DNA of 63,854 nt, the filler included, from Dugesia japonica (lineage: Eukaryota), in assembly GCA_001938525.1 (NCBI GenBank). It is 5 parts of 5 records of this genome, joined end to end, with 100 filler letters (N's around TTAATTAATTAA, not from the genome) between each part and the next. Parts side by side here need not be neighbours in the genome. Positions count along the whole stretch, not along the records: positions 9,843 to 22,375 come from MQRL01636057.1; positions 22,476 to 31,537 come from MQRL01571071.1; 3 more parts are not named here. One strand, written 5' to 3'. Shown piece by piece: positions 12,561 to 24,960 of this stretch. The position numbers and the translations under genes are program-made. Positions within the stretch are counted from its first letter, which is position 1. Every line of letters begins with the position of its first letter. Below the pieces are notes generated by a model that was given only the letters and a program-made list of their open reading frames with translations, made no database searches and was not told the origin of the DNA.

Positions 12561-13559
12561 GCAGGGAGAAATCAAACCAAAGTAAGTAATATTACCTAAT
12601 ATGATACTATTTTTAAATTCTCAACTAAATGCATTGGGAATATGTTTCGTTACATCACTAATCGTGTGGGGTTACTAAATGTATGTGGTGTTGACTGCTA
12701 CTATCCCTCTATTGGCTTTTCCAAATGATTTTCCTAGAGAAAGTCCATATAATAATTAATTTCATTAAAATAAAGTTTCGGTCAAATTTATTTTGGTTAA
12801 TATAATAATTCTTTGTATTTGACAGGAGGACCTTTTTTTAACACTCGTCATACTAAAATTACATCCTATCATATAGAATTGTAACACATTACACTAAAAT
12901 AATAGTCCATTACAATAATTATATATGACATAACACAAATTTGCATGTCATAACAGTAAAATATTATTATATCAGACGAAAATTACATTCCATCACACTA
13001 CAATTATATTCCATCCATTGTAATTTTAGTGTAAGTGAATCCGTCAATTTAAACAAAAAAATTTATTTCATGCTGATTACTTATAAAAAAATCGGAACAG
13101 TTAACCTTCAAAAAAAAGTTTAGACCAATAATTTATACCAGTTGTCTTTAATCTTAAAATATGTGAACAATCAAATCGCTTAATATTCTATATCAGTTGA
13201 CCTTAAAAAAATATTCGACGAATCAAAACGCTTAAAAATATATACTAAATTACCTTAATAAAATTCATGAGATAGAGAGGTTGATAGTGCGCCACTATTT
13301 ATTTACTCACTTGCAATAAAAATATTAAAGTCAAATCGAATCCGAGCAATAAAATTTTTTTTATACGCAATTTTGACAATCGCATTAATAATCTTTGTAT
13401 TTTCAACATGATTGATTGGTTGTGTTTATCTTAAATATTAAGACATAATAATTGTAGAGTCTATAACAGTCTGCTACAGTTTCTAGCAAATTGTGTGCCG
13501 CGATGAAATCCAAGTGTGCTGCAAGAGATTAACTTTTAATAAAGTTATAGAATCTAAAA

Positions 13560-13743
13560 CAGTGTCTCACAAACATTTTTAGTCTGCGACACACCAAAAT
13601 ATATATTTTTTCTAGAATCTAGAAAAAGTCTAGATTTTTTGGTAATATACAGAGGAATATATAGAATGGACAAGTATTTAAAACAGAATTAATGATAAAA
13701 TAATTTGGTGTGCCGCGAGAAAAAAAAAGTTTGCGAGACACTG
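13560..13743. mobile_element. hAT (Buster/Charlie-type) MITE
   Basis: TIRs CAGTGTCTCACAAAC / GTTTGCGAGACACTG plus an inner inverted repeat (GCGACACACCAAA / TTTGGTGTGCCGC). Flanks ATCTAAAA / GTCTACTA resemble the NTCTAGAN target. Confidence 0.85.
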
Positions 13744-13886
13744 GTCTACTAGTTACGAAATAAAACATAAATTTTGTTTTTTAATCAACATTTGGGGTCA
13801 TGAAAAATCTCATGAAAAAAATAAGTTATGAACGCAAAAAGTTTACAATAACGAAATTAATTAAATTAAAATGAAATAATATTTAC

Positions 13887-16800
13887 CTTGGAATTAGATC
13901 GGTAGATATCTAAAAGCCAATTTATTCTGCTTACAATTCCATTATTATAATTAAATAAACCAGTTCTTAACTGTAAAGGGATGACGCCTGGATTCTGTAA
14001 AACAAATTTCACAAAATTACAATCAAACTAAATTTTTATTATTTTAAATAAATAAAACCGAACTTTTCCGAAAATTAATAATAAATAATTGCATAAATTA
14101 CCCTTAAAAATTTAATTTTACATTTTTATGGTAATCTTGAAAAAAATTGTCTGTAGAATTACTGTACGATTCTGCAAAATTATGAAATGTTTCCATTGTG
14201 TAGGAATAAATTTAATGAATGTTTAAAAATAGAAAATAATTTTCTATATTTTTTAATATACGACGATGAAAGCATCTCAAATAAAGACAGATTTAATTTC
14301 TAATAGTAATAAAGGACGTAATAGCCCGGAAACAATTCTAAAAACTTACGATTGTTTACAAGATAATTTATTGGCAATAAACGTGATGGAACATGTAGAG
14401 TGACCAAATAAAACTAAAAGATCAAAACAAGTTTTGCGGAAATGAAGTATTATTTGAATAATTATGTTGGTTTTATTAATGNAAANTCTTATCTCAAGCC
14501 CATTGTTGAATATCAACTAAAAGAAGAGAAATTTCAATGATCGTTATGGGAACTGATCTCAACGTAATCAGTGAAACATTAGCAAATAAATAATTGAATT
14601 ATAAAGGTGATACATAAATTTAAAGGTCAACTATTAGAGTGGCTATTCCTAACCGATACTCAGTAAATTGTTCAGGAAAACTAAATAAATGTAAATATTG
14701 AACAAATTATAAAAGGTTACGTATACGATATCTGGCCTAATGTATTTTTACACTTGTACAGATGGTTGAAAAGTATAAATAAATATGATTTTAGTGTGCC
14801 GCCTTTCAAAGTTGGTGAAATGATTCAAAATGTTATATTGTCATGTGTATCAAAAACAGTATCTAAAGACAGAACTAATAACAGCCATCTTACAGAATCA
14901 AAATTTGGATAAACCTAGTTCATTGGTCCATAACTTAATTGTTATGTATAATAAATTACTAATCAATAAAGTTTTAATGCGAAGGATATTGCTGTTTGTT
15001 GATATAAAGTTTATCAAATCTTGGGGCAATGTAAATAGTGTCACTCGTATTTCCTTTTCAACTATTTAGCTCGATTTTTCGTTTTCATTGCAGCTATTGC
15101 CGAAAAGCCTGTTTTACATAAATATGATGTCACAAATGGTAGAAGCACTTTCATTGCTTTGCAATACAATGATTTGTATTCTCCACTAAGATTTATACTA
15201 AATTGAATCATAGCTTCATTTTGGAATTTTTGTTTCAGGGAACTATCACATAGTAATTCTATCAATTTTTCTTTTTCAATAGTCGCTAGTTCATATTAGA
15301 CTTATTCATTATAGTTGAATGAATTTTGAACCCACAAAACCTTTTAGAAATACAGGTTTTTAAAATGATTAGAAAAATGAAGCATTAAACTATCTAAGGG
15401 TTCAAGAAATTTTGCTTGCTTCAATATTGGTTATGTCCCAGAAATCCTTTGAAAGTAAAAATAGATTCAACTTATTTTTTTGTAAATTTGATTTTAATAA
15501 CTTAAAACCTTTTAATGAAAGCTGTTTTTAAAGATTTTAAATAAATAGCCAAGTTTAACAAAAAAAATTATTGTTTATCCACAAATGCTTCTCTTCATGT
15601 TTGTTTTCTTTGAGGCTATTTCTAACTCCACTTCAAACACCCTTTAAATCATTTTTTCACAGAATAGCGAGCGAGTTTCACAGTAATATAGAAGCGAGGT
15701 ATACTTTGATTCTATATTAACGCATAGCCTTTTTGACACTAGAGCTGTTCTGTGAAGCATACAGTGTATACATATATCATGTGGTGCTTTCCTTATGACT
15801 AATGCTTGAAGAACTGCTTTGTGTCCGAACATTGAGTGAGCTCTGTTGGCACAGAGTCCAACGCAGTTATTGCAATGTTTGCTGTTTTCTTCAAACAAAC
15901 TTCCTATTATATTAGAAAATTTAAAAGACGTGGTATAGATTTGCAAAATAATATATCTTCCAATATTTTATTTTCCGTAGTATATCAAACATATACTATG
16001 AAATGGGCATCTTTAACTATATCAGTTGTATGATCTAATTGTTTATCAAAATTCAAAGAGCGCAGACGATGATGATCACAAATATCATCATATACATCAT
16101 CATACGTATAATATTAATTCTTCTTCCGACTGTATTATCAGCAAGCAAAAACTGTTGCAACTGTTTTACATATGATTCGCCGAACATTATTCAAACTATA
16201 TCAGTAACCGCTGGTAAAAGAAATGTTTTTTTTATTGAATGTGGTTTTTTATATTTTACGATTCGATAAGACGAGTGGTGTAAAGTCAATAATGTGTTTG
16301 ATGTAACTGAAATTGTTTTTCTGATCTTTTGCTTCAAAACATTTGCTTATCCACTTTTCTTTGAAAAATTCAATAGGCTTTTCAGCGTATTCAGAATGTA
16401 GAGTTTTTAGGTACCGTTTTAGTTTGACAGTTATCATACTATCTGAAGGTAAAACAGCAAACATATAAGCTTTTTCAAGTCACATAATAACACTTGTATG
16501 TTCTAACCATAAATATGATGGACTATATCGTTTTTATCTTGGAAATTGTATTTCCTTATTCTTTTTGTTTATATTCACCCTTGGTTTAGATTCAGTATCT
16601 CCATTATTGTCTTCCATTTTCCTTTGCTCACTCAGAAATTTATCCATTCGGCTAAGAAATGTTTGATTGATAAAATTTTAGAATATATATAGTATTTAAA
16701 CATAATAATAAAAGTATACTAACGATATTTTTCAAAAAGATATCACTATTCAAATAATTTCAGCTCCTAAAAATGCGTTTCAGTTGAATTTAAACTTATA

Positions 16801-19077
16801 ATTATACAGATATATCGAAATTAAAAGTATAGAAATATAGAATTCATTTAAAATAAAAGCTTTGATCCAAATTTTTGTTTTTTTATTGATATTTGATAAA
16901 AATTCGATATTTCGACTTAGTCTTTTTCAGAAATTGACTTTTATAGAAATATAAGTAAAACAAACTTGCATTCACCAAATTTTTACTGTAACGTTATAAA
17001 ATTTTGTTTTGTTTATTTTTATTAAATATAATAGATATTATTATATGAAAATTATCTCTTCAATTAAACGTTTTGACGCTTCCTCTGACTATAACCTGTG
17101 CCTCCCAGTTTGTAAACCGCTAGTGTAAGAGAATATTGGTAATGAGGATGAATATTTTCTAAGAAGTATGATTTTTAATAATAATAACGAAAATGTATCA
17201 CAAATATGGCTAAAGTGTATATTTTATTGTGACAGAAGTAAATGCTTAAATCGATTTACTAATTTAGTGAATAGTTTTTCTGGATCTATTAATTTGAGAA
17301 ACGTTATACTTAATGAAGTATCTAAAGCCCTATACATAGGAACAATCTTAGGATAGATGAAACAATTGGAGGAAAAAAGAACCAAAGTAGAAACAGGCTA
17401 CAGAAAATTATCGATTAATGAAGCTAAGTTTGATAATTAAAATAATGCCAGAATTTGAAATGGTATAGAATTATAACTGAAAAGTAAAAGAAAAGAAAAG
17501 GAAATTATGGTAGTACTAAAATATTATGATAATATAGATGTATTCAGTATACATAAAATTAATATTAGAACAAATGCAATCAATATGTTATAGAAACTGA
17601 GAATGATGTTCACGGAGCGTATAAACTTCAAGAAATACTAAAAGATTCCAGAAAGTTAATTTGGAAAAGAAAATTGATGAACCTTTGAAAAATGATATTA
17701 TAAAAGAAAGTCATCTTGATATATTTTTTTACTTCTGACAGATAGAAAATGGAATGAAAATAGAAATCGTGTGCGTTGAAAAATTTTAATTGCGAAAAAA
17801 TTTCAATCCATTTTTCCATTTCATCTGCAGATGAATTACTTGTTACAGTTTTTTATTCAATTTATTTCACGAGTCTAGAATTGTTATCAAATTGTTATTA
17901 CCAAGTTCCAATAAAGGAAAAAGATATTCAGAAGAAGAATGCTTTTTGCACAAGATACAACCTAAATGCCAGTAGTCATCAAAGAAGGAAATGTTCTTAT
18001 ACAAGAAATATTAATTAAAATTCTAGCAATACTATTTCATTAATTCTTAAATTAGAATAATGTTTCAATTAGCAAATGGGTTCAAACTTTTGTGTAAACT
18101 TTCTATACTTTATTTTAAATTTTATAATATATATAATAAATAATGCCATTTAAAATAAAATTTTATTGTAATATATTTCGACGGATCAACATTCGCCACC
18201 ATCAGACAAAAATGAAAAAATGAGTTTATTCAGTCTGTATTATTTAAACAAAGAATCAAGCAATTATACTGAATATAAAATGGCTTTAATCATAAGTCTT
18301 AATTTTTCAAATTTTTTCTAATAAAAATATTTTATTCTAATAAAATTTTACTATAATAATAATTTTCCTGTGTTGAATAATCCTGAACATGTTAACAATT
18401 TGTCAAACGGTGTTGGGCCATTCAAGAGCATTATAGTTTTGGTGGTAGTAGCAATATTGCTGAGCATAAAAATAAAAATAAATGTAATGCAAATATTGAA
18501 ATTTCGACTTAATTGAATAAAAAATTTAAATTAAAAAGTTAAAACTTAAAATTAAAAAAATTGAAACGTCTTAAAGATATATTTCCCAATATATTAAATC
18601 TTTTTTGTTTATGGTTTTAATTTCAAAAATTAAAAAGAAAGGTGAAAAATGTGAAAATTTCATTTTCTTTTAACAAATAAATAGTACAAAAATTTGCTTA
18701 CTTTACTACAGTTGTGAGCATCCATTATTTTCACTGCTATAAAAGCTATATCTGATAGCACAATATCTTGTTCTTCCACAATCGTTTGATCACTTGTTAA
18801 TTCGAAACTATTGGTTTGAGTAAAATCGTAAATTGAAACGTTGGCTCTTAAAGATACATTTCCCAATATATTTATATTGGCATACGAAATTTGCTGCAAA
18901 TAATAGTTATAAATATTGTTTAAGTAAACGGNNNNNNNNNNNNNNNNNNNNNNNNNNNNNNNNNNNNNNNNNNNNNNNNNNNNNNNNNNNNNNNNNNNNN
19001 NNNNNNNNNNNNNNNNNNNNNNNNNNNNNNNNNNNNNNNNNNNNNNNNNNNNNNNNNNNNNNNNNNNNNNNNNNNNN

Positions 19078-19146
<69 letters not shown>

Positions 19147-19495
19147 GAGTTAGACGAAGATGAATAAGAAGAAATAACATTAAAAAGAATAGTAAAACAT
19201 TTTCTACAAACCAATCTAATAAATTCATTACTGAAAAAAATATTAGCCATCTCATTCTCCAATTTAGTAAATTTCGATCGTTACACTGAATTTTAATAAA
19301 TACTTTGATTAAATTTTCATTGTCTTACTGCATTTAATACATCTAGGGCACCACTTCTGCTCAAATCCATTGCTATCGTAATAGTTCCACTAGATAAAAT
19401 TCCCGAACAAACCTTGACTCCATCGCCAGGGTTATTATATTTTTGAATATTAATTGTTCCCATAAATGTAGACAAATAGGGCATCGGATTAAAAG
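13887..19495 (-). CDS. Partial multi-exon host gene resembling an ionotropic glutamate receptor (ANF-receptor-fold) amino-terminal domain
   Basis: Phase-compatible GT-AG exons 19495-19329, 19285-19232, 18893-18707, 14171-14122 and 13994-13887 join without stops: ...TIAMDLSRSGALDVLNACNDRNLLNWRMRWLIF...ANVSIYDF...IVLSDIAFIAV...LRTGLFNYNNGIVSRINWLLDIY. This parallels kainate/AMPA ATD motifs (VIFDCS..A..IL.QA, VNMTGF, ALMYDAV, GLTG.I.F....R.D..LDV). Confidence 0.6.
14290..14760 (+). mobile_element. Degraded gypsy gag/protease remnant
   Basis: KPIVEYQL...GTDLNVISETLA...PNRYSVNCSGK resembles a retropepsin and the protease region at 7.3-7.45 kb. Confidence 0.45.
14960..17121 (-). mobile_element. 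hAT Buster/ZBED5-like transposon, degraded transposase
   Basis: MDKFL start near 16647; KLKRYLKTLHSEYAEKPIEFF, CVGLC...IHCMLHRTALVSK, LLYYCETR and KAMKVLLPFVTSYLCKTGFS (hATC dimerisation domain). TIR-like TAGCGGTTTACAAACT near 17121. Confidence 0.9.
16901..16935 (-). ncRNA. Minimal hammerhead ribozyme motif in a short dispersed repeat (copy 1)
   Basis: Minus strand AATTT-CTGAAAA-A-GAC-TAA-GTC-GAAA-TATC-GAATT; same element as 36958-36992 with shared flanks. Confidence 0.6.
17340..17960 (+). mobile_element. Gypsy RT N-terminal remnant
   Basis: YFTSLELLSNCYYQVPIKEKDIQKKNAFCTRY corresponds to FS.LDL..GYYQ.P....D..KTAF.T. Confidence 0.8.
19078..19143. repeat. (AAT)n microsatellite next to a gap
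   Basis: Perfect TAA run; similar tracts at ~32675-32733, 44295-44345 and 50955-50997. Confidence 0.95.
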
Positions 19496-19859
19496 CTAAA
19501 AATTTTTTATTAAATATTTAAATAGTTTATTTTAAAAATGAAATGTTAAAGCCTTCTAAAAGGCAATTATCAAAATTATGAAAACAATCATTTAAATATT
19601 AATATATTTGAATGTTATAGAATCAATTATTTTATTGTATCAATAATATTTATTAATAAAACTTGTTTTAAAAAATATAAAAACAGAAACTTTAAGACAT
19701 TATTCATTATATCAAAATGAAGATGATAGAAACTCTTACTATGGAAAATGCATCTACACTACAAAATACTACACTAACAAAATACTACAAGTATGAGATG
19801 GTGCTCTTTAAGGGAGCAATCAATTATGCTTTACAAGTGCAGTCTGAACAAACTAATGC

Positions 19860-20345
19860 TGAAATATTTCTCAACAAGACCGTATAAAACACATGGTATT
19901 GATGATTTATGACAAATTGATTTGATGAAAATTATCCCATATTCCAGAATCAATAAAGGTTACAAGTATAATTAAACATGTATCGATGTATTCAGTACNN
20001 NNNNNNNNNNNNNNNNNNNNNNNNNNNNNNNNNNNNNNNNNNNNNNNNNNNNNNNNNNNNNNNNNNNNNNNNNNNNNNNNNNNNNNNNNNNNNNNNNNNN
20101 NNNNNNNNNNNNNNNNNNNNNNNNNNNNNNNNTTATTAATAAACTCGAAATTAACTATTATTCTGCATTTTAACAAAAAAAAGCAGCTTATGTTGAAAGA
20201 TTTAATCAAACATTAAGAGATGCATGCTGGTAATAAAACATGGATTCATTTATTACCAAAAACAATAGACATTTATAATCATACAATCCATAAAGGATTA
20301 AAAAGAACAAAACCCGTTGATGTATGCTCTGACAATTCAACGAAA
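19860..20345 (+). mobile_element. Polinton-type retroviral-like integrase fragment
   Basis: KYFSTRPYKTHGIDDL*QIDL...NKGYKY..TCIDVFS and, after the gap, KKAAYVERFNQTLR...WIHLLPKTIDIYNHTIHKGL..KPVDV. Confidence 0.85.
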
Positions 20346-20639
20346 TTATGACTATTGAAAAAAAACTAAAATCAACCAAAAACAATATATAAAAAGCTAT
20401 AAAATACGAAGTTCACTTTTCAATAATTTCAATATCAAATCAATAATTCTATCGATAAACAGTAAATACCGAGAAAAAAATAGTCGGGACTTAAAAATAA
20501 TGATTATAGTACCTTATTTATATGCAATGCATAGTTAGAAATATGGGATATCTAAACAAGAATATGAATTGTGGAATAACCTTTAAAGATTTTCGGTATA
20601 AACATTCCTTCTTTACATTTATGTTTGCTCCTGATATTT

Positions 20640-21200
20640 ATATTTTGAAGTTGATATGTTAATACCTGATAAATTACATGATTACTTAAGTGACTTACTA
20701 TTGCTGCTGAACTTAAAACTAGGTACAAAAATTTTAAAAATTATTATTAATACATCACCGTAAGAAAAACAATGTAATACATTGGAGGTTACTTCAATTG
20801 TATTTATAAATAGGGATTAAAGTGACGAAAATTCATAGGGCTGTAAAGTTTGAACAAGATTATATCTTTAAGGCTTATGTAGATGGAAACACTGCATTAA
20901 GTTCTGATATTAAAATTGAGTTAGAAAAAAATTATTATAAGTTGCTCAACAATAGTCTTAACTTTTATTAATTAACTTAATTAACTTTTGTTAATTAAAT
21001 TAACTTTTTTTTTGTAATTCTGCAAAAAAACTTGTAACCTATACAACGACTTGATTGCTGTCCAGCTTAATGGGGAAATTATTTTTTTGGATAATCCGAA
21101 TTTTAGTGGGCAATCTGTATTATATTTGTCTAAACTCATGATGTATCAACCTCAGTATATTGAATTAGAAAAAAACCGTAAGGAAGAGAATTGTTCTAGA
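20640..21200 (+). mobile_element. Polinton/adintovirus-type PolB polymerase-domain fragment
   Basis: EVDMLIPDKLHDYLSDL, KVTKIHRAVKFEQ, EKNYYKLLNNSL and VLYLSKLMMY; a diverged homolog of 22.6-23.2 kb. Confidence 0.88.
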
Positions 21201-21244
21201 ATTATTGTAAAAATTTAAACAAACATCATTAATTTCACTTAAAC

Positions 21245-21560
21245 AAAACCTTAATTCCGTATTTTGTAGGGTTCGAGCAATTTAATAGATTGGTTATTAT
21301 AATATTAAAATTTAAATTTGCTTTAAAGACATCAAATGAATTATATTTCAATATTGTTTATAGTTATGAATGTAATGGGTGTTTTCTCAGATAAACTGGA
21401 AAAATTTTCTATTATCTCTACACAAAAATTCAGGAACATCGTTATATGAGTATTCGAAGTAATATTGTTGAACATGATTATAAAGTTATTTTAAACTTCA
21501 TATATAAAGCATGTTGCATAACAGGTCAATGTTTGTTTACTGATTGAGCTAAGTTAATTG
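21245..21560 (+). mobile_element. Penelope-like GIY-YIG endonuclease remnant
   Basis: IPYFVG...NIVYSYECNGCFLR*TGKI...LYTKIQEH....SNIVEH matches VVY...C..C...YIGKT...L..R..EH. Confidence 0.75.
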
Positions 21561-22375
21561 CTCAAATCATAATTACAAATATATTTATTATTCCTTTTGT
21601 TGGGGTTTTACCCTTTTTATGTCAATGATTTATGTGATTAAATCTAGGGGGTCGATCTTTATATAAAGTCAAAATCTAGGGTCATTGATCTGGTAAAAAC
21701 CCCGCGATGAATTTAAATTTGGTGTCCCCAAAAAATCCAGATCTTCGGAATGAAGCCGTTGACTCGTAGCTCGAGTACAGACTCGCATTCCTTTAGTTCG
21801 GGTTCGTTCACATGATANTCGCTTAATTTTCTAATCACAATTAGCTTTTACAATTATTCGTTAATAATTATCCGTTATCCTATAATTGATTATAATGTTA
21901 ATAACTATTTAAAAATAGGAAAAAACAAAAAATTTTGTAAGTGAACAATATATTATGATTTAAATTTTCACTGCGGATACAATAATTTAACATTTAACAT
22001 AATTAACATAACTAACGTAGCCTGGATCCCGATCTGGAGCAAGCACGACATTTAGATTGCGGATTAATGATTTGAGGAGTCCATCATGCATGTTTCTTCT
22101 CGAGTCGGAAATCGTTACACCATGAATTATGGAAAAAATAATCACCTTTGTGAAAAAAGAATATTTCAGGTCTACCCAATATTTGTCTGGTTAGAAAAGT
22201 GTTAAAAATTGTGAAATTTTCATCGGTATTTATACCGATTTTTTCTACGCCCCCGTTTATTTTATTGGCGAATATAAATTATAGACGTTTTTATTGACCA
22301 TATGGTTACATGCTTTCTTTTTATTGGTGGTTATTTTTGGATTTTGAAACTATTGGCCAACCTTCAAACCCTCAT

Positions 22376-22475
22376 NNNNNNNNNNNNNNNNNNNNNNNNN
22401 NNNNNNNNNNNNNNNNNNNTTAATTAATTAANNNNNNNNNNNNNNNNNNNNNNNNNNNNNNNNNNNNNNNNNNNN
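22376..22475. other. Artificial contig-join spacer
   Basis: 44 N + TTAATTAATTAA + 44 N. Confidence 0.95.
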
Positions 22476-23843
22476 CTTTAAATGAACCCATTGAGCTTTT
22501 AACCGACAATGATATGTACACTTTCTTTGAAGGTGGAATTAGAGGAGGTTTTACTTTTGTCAATAAGCACTATGTGGCAACATATGATAATACTGGAAAA
22601 ACTTCTTGTTGATTGTAGGACTTTAGACTTAGATTCACTATCTTATGGTTATAGCGTTGAAGTTGATCTGTTGATTCTTAACAATTTACATAACTACTTA
22701 AGTGATTTACTAGTTGCTGCTGAACAACAAATTGTACCAGGTACAAAATTTAAAAAATTACTACTNNNNNNNNNNNNNNNNNNNNNNNNNNNNNNNNNNN
22801 NNNNNNNNNNNNNNNNNNNNNNNNNNNNNNNNNNNNNNNNNNNNNNNNNNNNNNNNNNNNNNNNNNNNNNNNNNNNNNNNNNNNNNNNNNNNNNNNNNNN
22901 NNNNNNNNNNNNNNNNGAAAGTAAAAATGAGTTAGATAAAAATTATTATAAACTACTCAATAATAGTCTTTATGGTAAGACTGTTGAAATCTTAAGAAGA
23001 AAATGAATCTCCGTATCTGTAACTCTGACAAAAAGTTGGTGACCTATACTTCCAAACCGAGTTTTAGGAAAACATTCAAAATTGATAAGGTTCTGATTGC
23101 TGTTCAACTTAATGAAGATTTTATTTGTTTTGACCGTCCAAGTTATATTGGACATTCTGTACTTGATTTATCTAAGCTTAAAATGTATCAGCTTCAGTAT
23201 ATTGACTTTGAAAAATATCGTAAGAAAGAGAAATAATGTATTAATATTGTTGCAGGGGATATAGACAGCTTCTTTCTAGAGGTTAAAGATATTAAATTAG
23301 AGAAATTGTTAGGTTTGCTGGTGAGAGATAATCTTCTTGACACATCAAATTATGCTAAAAATTATCCACTTTATAGCGATAAATTAAATTCTGTTGTAGG
23401 GAAATTTAAAGACGAATCCAAAGGCATAAGGTATAAGGAATGAATTTTCCTGCGACCAAAATGTTACAGTCTTCTTAGCAAAAAAAACTTCTTTGAAGGC
23501 TAAGGGTGTAACATTAAATGGTACTGGCATAAATCATCAGTCATACCTTGATTGTTTTAATAATAATCGAAAGGTCTCAGTAAATCAATTTAGGATTTTT
23601 ANNNNNNNNNNNNNNNNNNNNNNNNNNNNNNNNNNNNNNNNNNNNNNNNNNAAAGGTCTCAGTAAATCAATTTAGGATTTTTAGTAAAGACCACACAATA
23701 TATAGTTCAAACAATTCAAATGTAGTATTAACAAACACAGACGATAAACGAGTATGGGTAGAACAGAATAGAAGTTTACCATAAGGACATTGTGATATAC
23801 CACCTTGTAGTGAAGACGAATCAGAATCAAATCAGACATTGTA
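22476..23843 (+). mobile_element. Polinton/adintovirus-type PolB C-terminal half (pseudogenised)
   Basis: IELLTDNDMYTFFEGGIRGG, YKLLNNSLYGKTVE (motif B), PSYIGHSVLDLSKLKMY, AGDIDSFF (motif C), DTSNY, GKFKDES, LRPKCYS, KAKGV and DDKRVW; stops and frameshifts present. Confidence 0.93.
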
Positions 23844-23999
23844 AGGTAGTGAATTTGTTATTTATTAAATTTAAATTAATTTATTTTTTCAGTATTTTGA
23901 AAGAAATCAATAATGAAACATCAGATAGAATAATCAGATTTTTCATTAAATAAATGTTAGTTTTGAAACTGACTTTATCTTATTATTTTATTGTTTTTT

Positions 24000-24960
24000 A
24001 ATGTTAAGTAAATAAATACTTGTTTTTCAATATAACTTTTTATCTATAAGGTTTCTTGATTTTTAAATACATTTTGCCTACTCAACTTTAAATTCTCTAT
24101 CTAATTGATACCTTGATGTTTGAATTTGAGATACCATTTCTAAATTTCATAATTTCCTCCCAAACTCCCAAAAATTAAGTACATGTTTTTTCTATTAACC
24201 TTTTTATCTATAAGATTTGATGATTTTAGATTTACATATTTGGAATCAGTGAAAGATTCTATATCGAATAGATACCTCTTTGAGATACATTTTTAATTTT
24301 CGAAAAAATGACACCAAAATCTGGGAGGGCGCTGAACATATTCGTTAGAAAGCATTTTTCCCGAGACGATATTGGAACTTTGCATAGTCACTTTTTTCTC
24401 CTGAGTAAAATAATACCAAATTTGAATCGATAGCAGTTCTCTGTGCACAGAGATCTGACTACTAATATCCGAGTTTTGAGATTTTTTCACCACAAAATCT
24501 TTTTCATTTCATCAAGTATTGACTTTGGCAATTTTAGGTTAACATATTTGGAATCAACAAAAATGTCTCTATAGAATAGACTCTTGTTTAACTTATTTGA
24601 GAAGAAATATTTTTTCGAAAACTTTTTAATTGTGAGAAATGATCGCCATAAAATTTTAAGCAGTTTGATATGAAAATCTTTGAAATCTGATATATAGAAC
24701 ATATTTTTTGAAAATTTTAGACTGTTCATTCGAATTCCCAAAGAAATTTGATTTAAAAATTTTAAATTTTCATATTTCTTAAACAACATGAACGTTTAAC
24801 CAATTTCCTATAAAAAATTCTCATTAAAAATTTTCTCCAACTAAAAAGCGTATAAAAAGTATTACCGCCTAAATACATAGTAAATATTTTGCCAATTAAA
24901 ATCAATAGAAAAATTTAAAAACAGTTACCACTTAAAAAGCCTAAAAGATTTTCCTAACTA
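24000..24960 (-). mobile_element. Probable Polinton PolB ORF start/N-terminal extension, degraded
   Basis: MLFKKYENLKFLNQ and its upstream DNA are homologous to the ORF start near 12449 (MLLKYYENLKLLNQ), which leads into PolB motifs. Contains an internal DSKYVNLK repeat. Confidence 0.55.

Noticed and set aside
18660-19262. 200-aa ORF and overlapping poly-Y/N/L/I ORFs
   Set aside because: Artefacts of an N run plus (AAT)n; only the embedded exons are credible.
23571-23685. Direct repeat flanking an N gap (also at 11072-11140)
   Set aside because: Unmerged overlapping contig ends; an assembly artefact.
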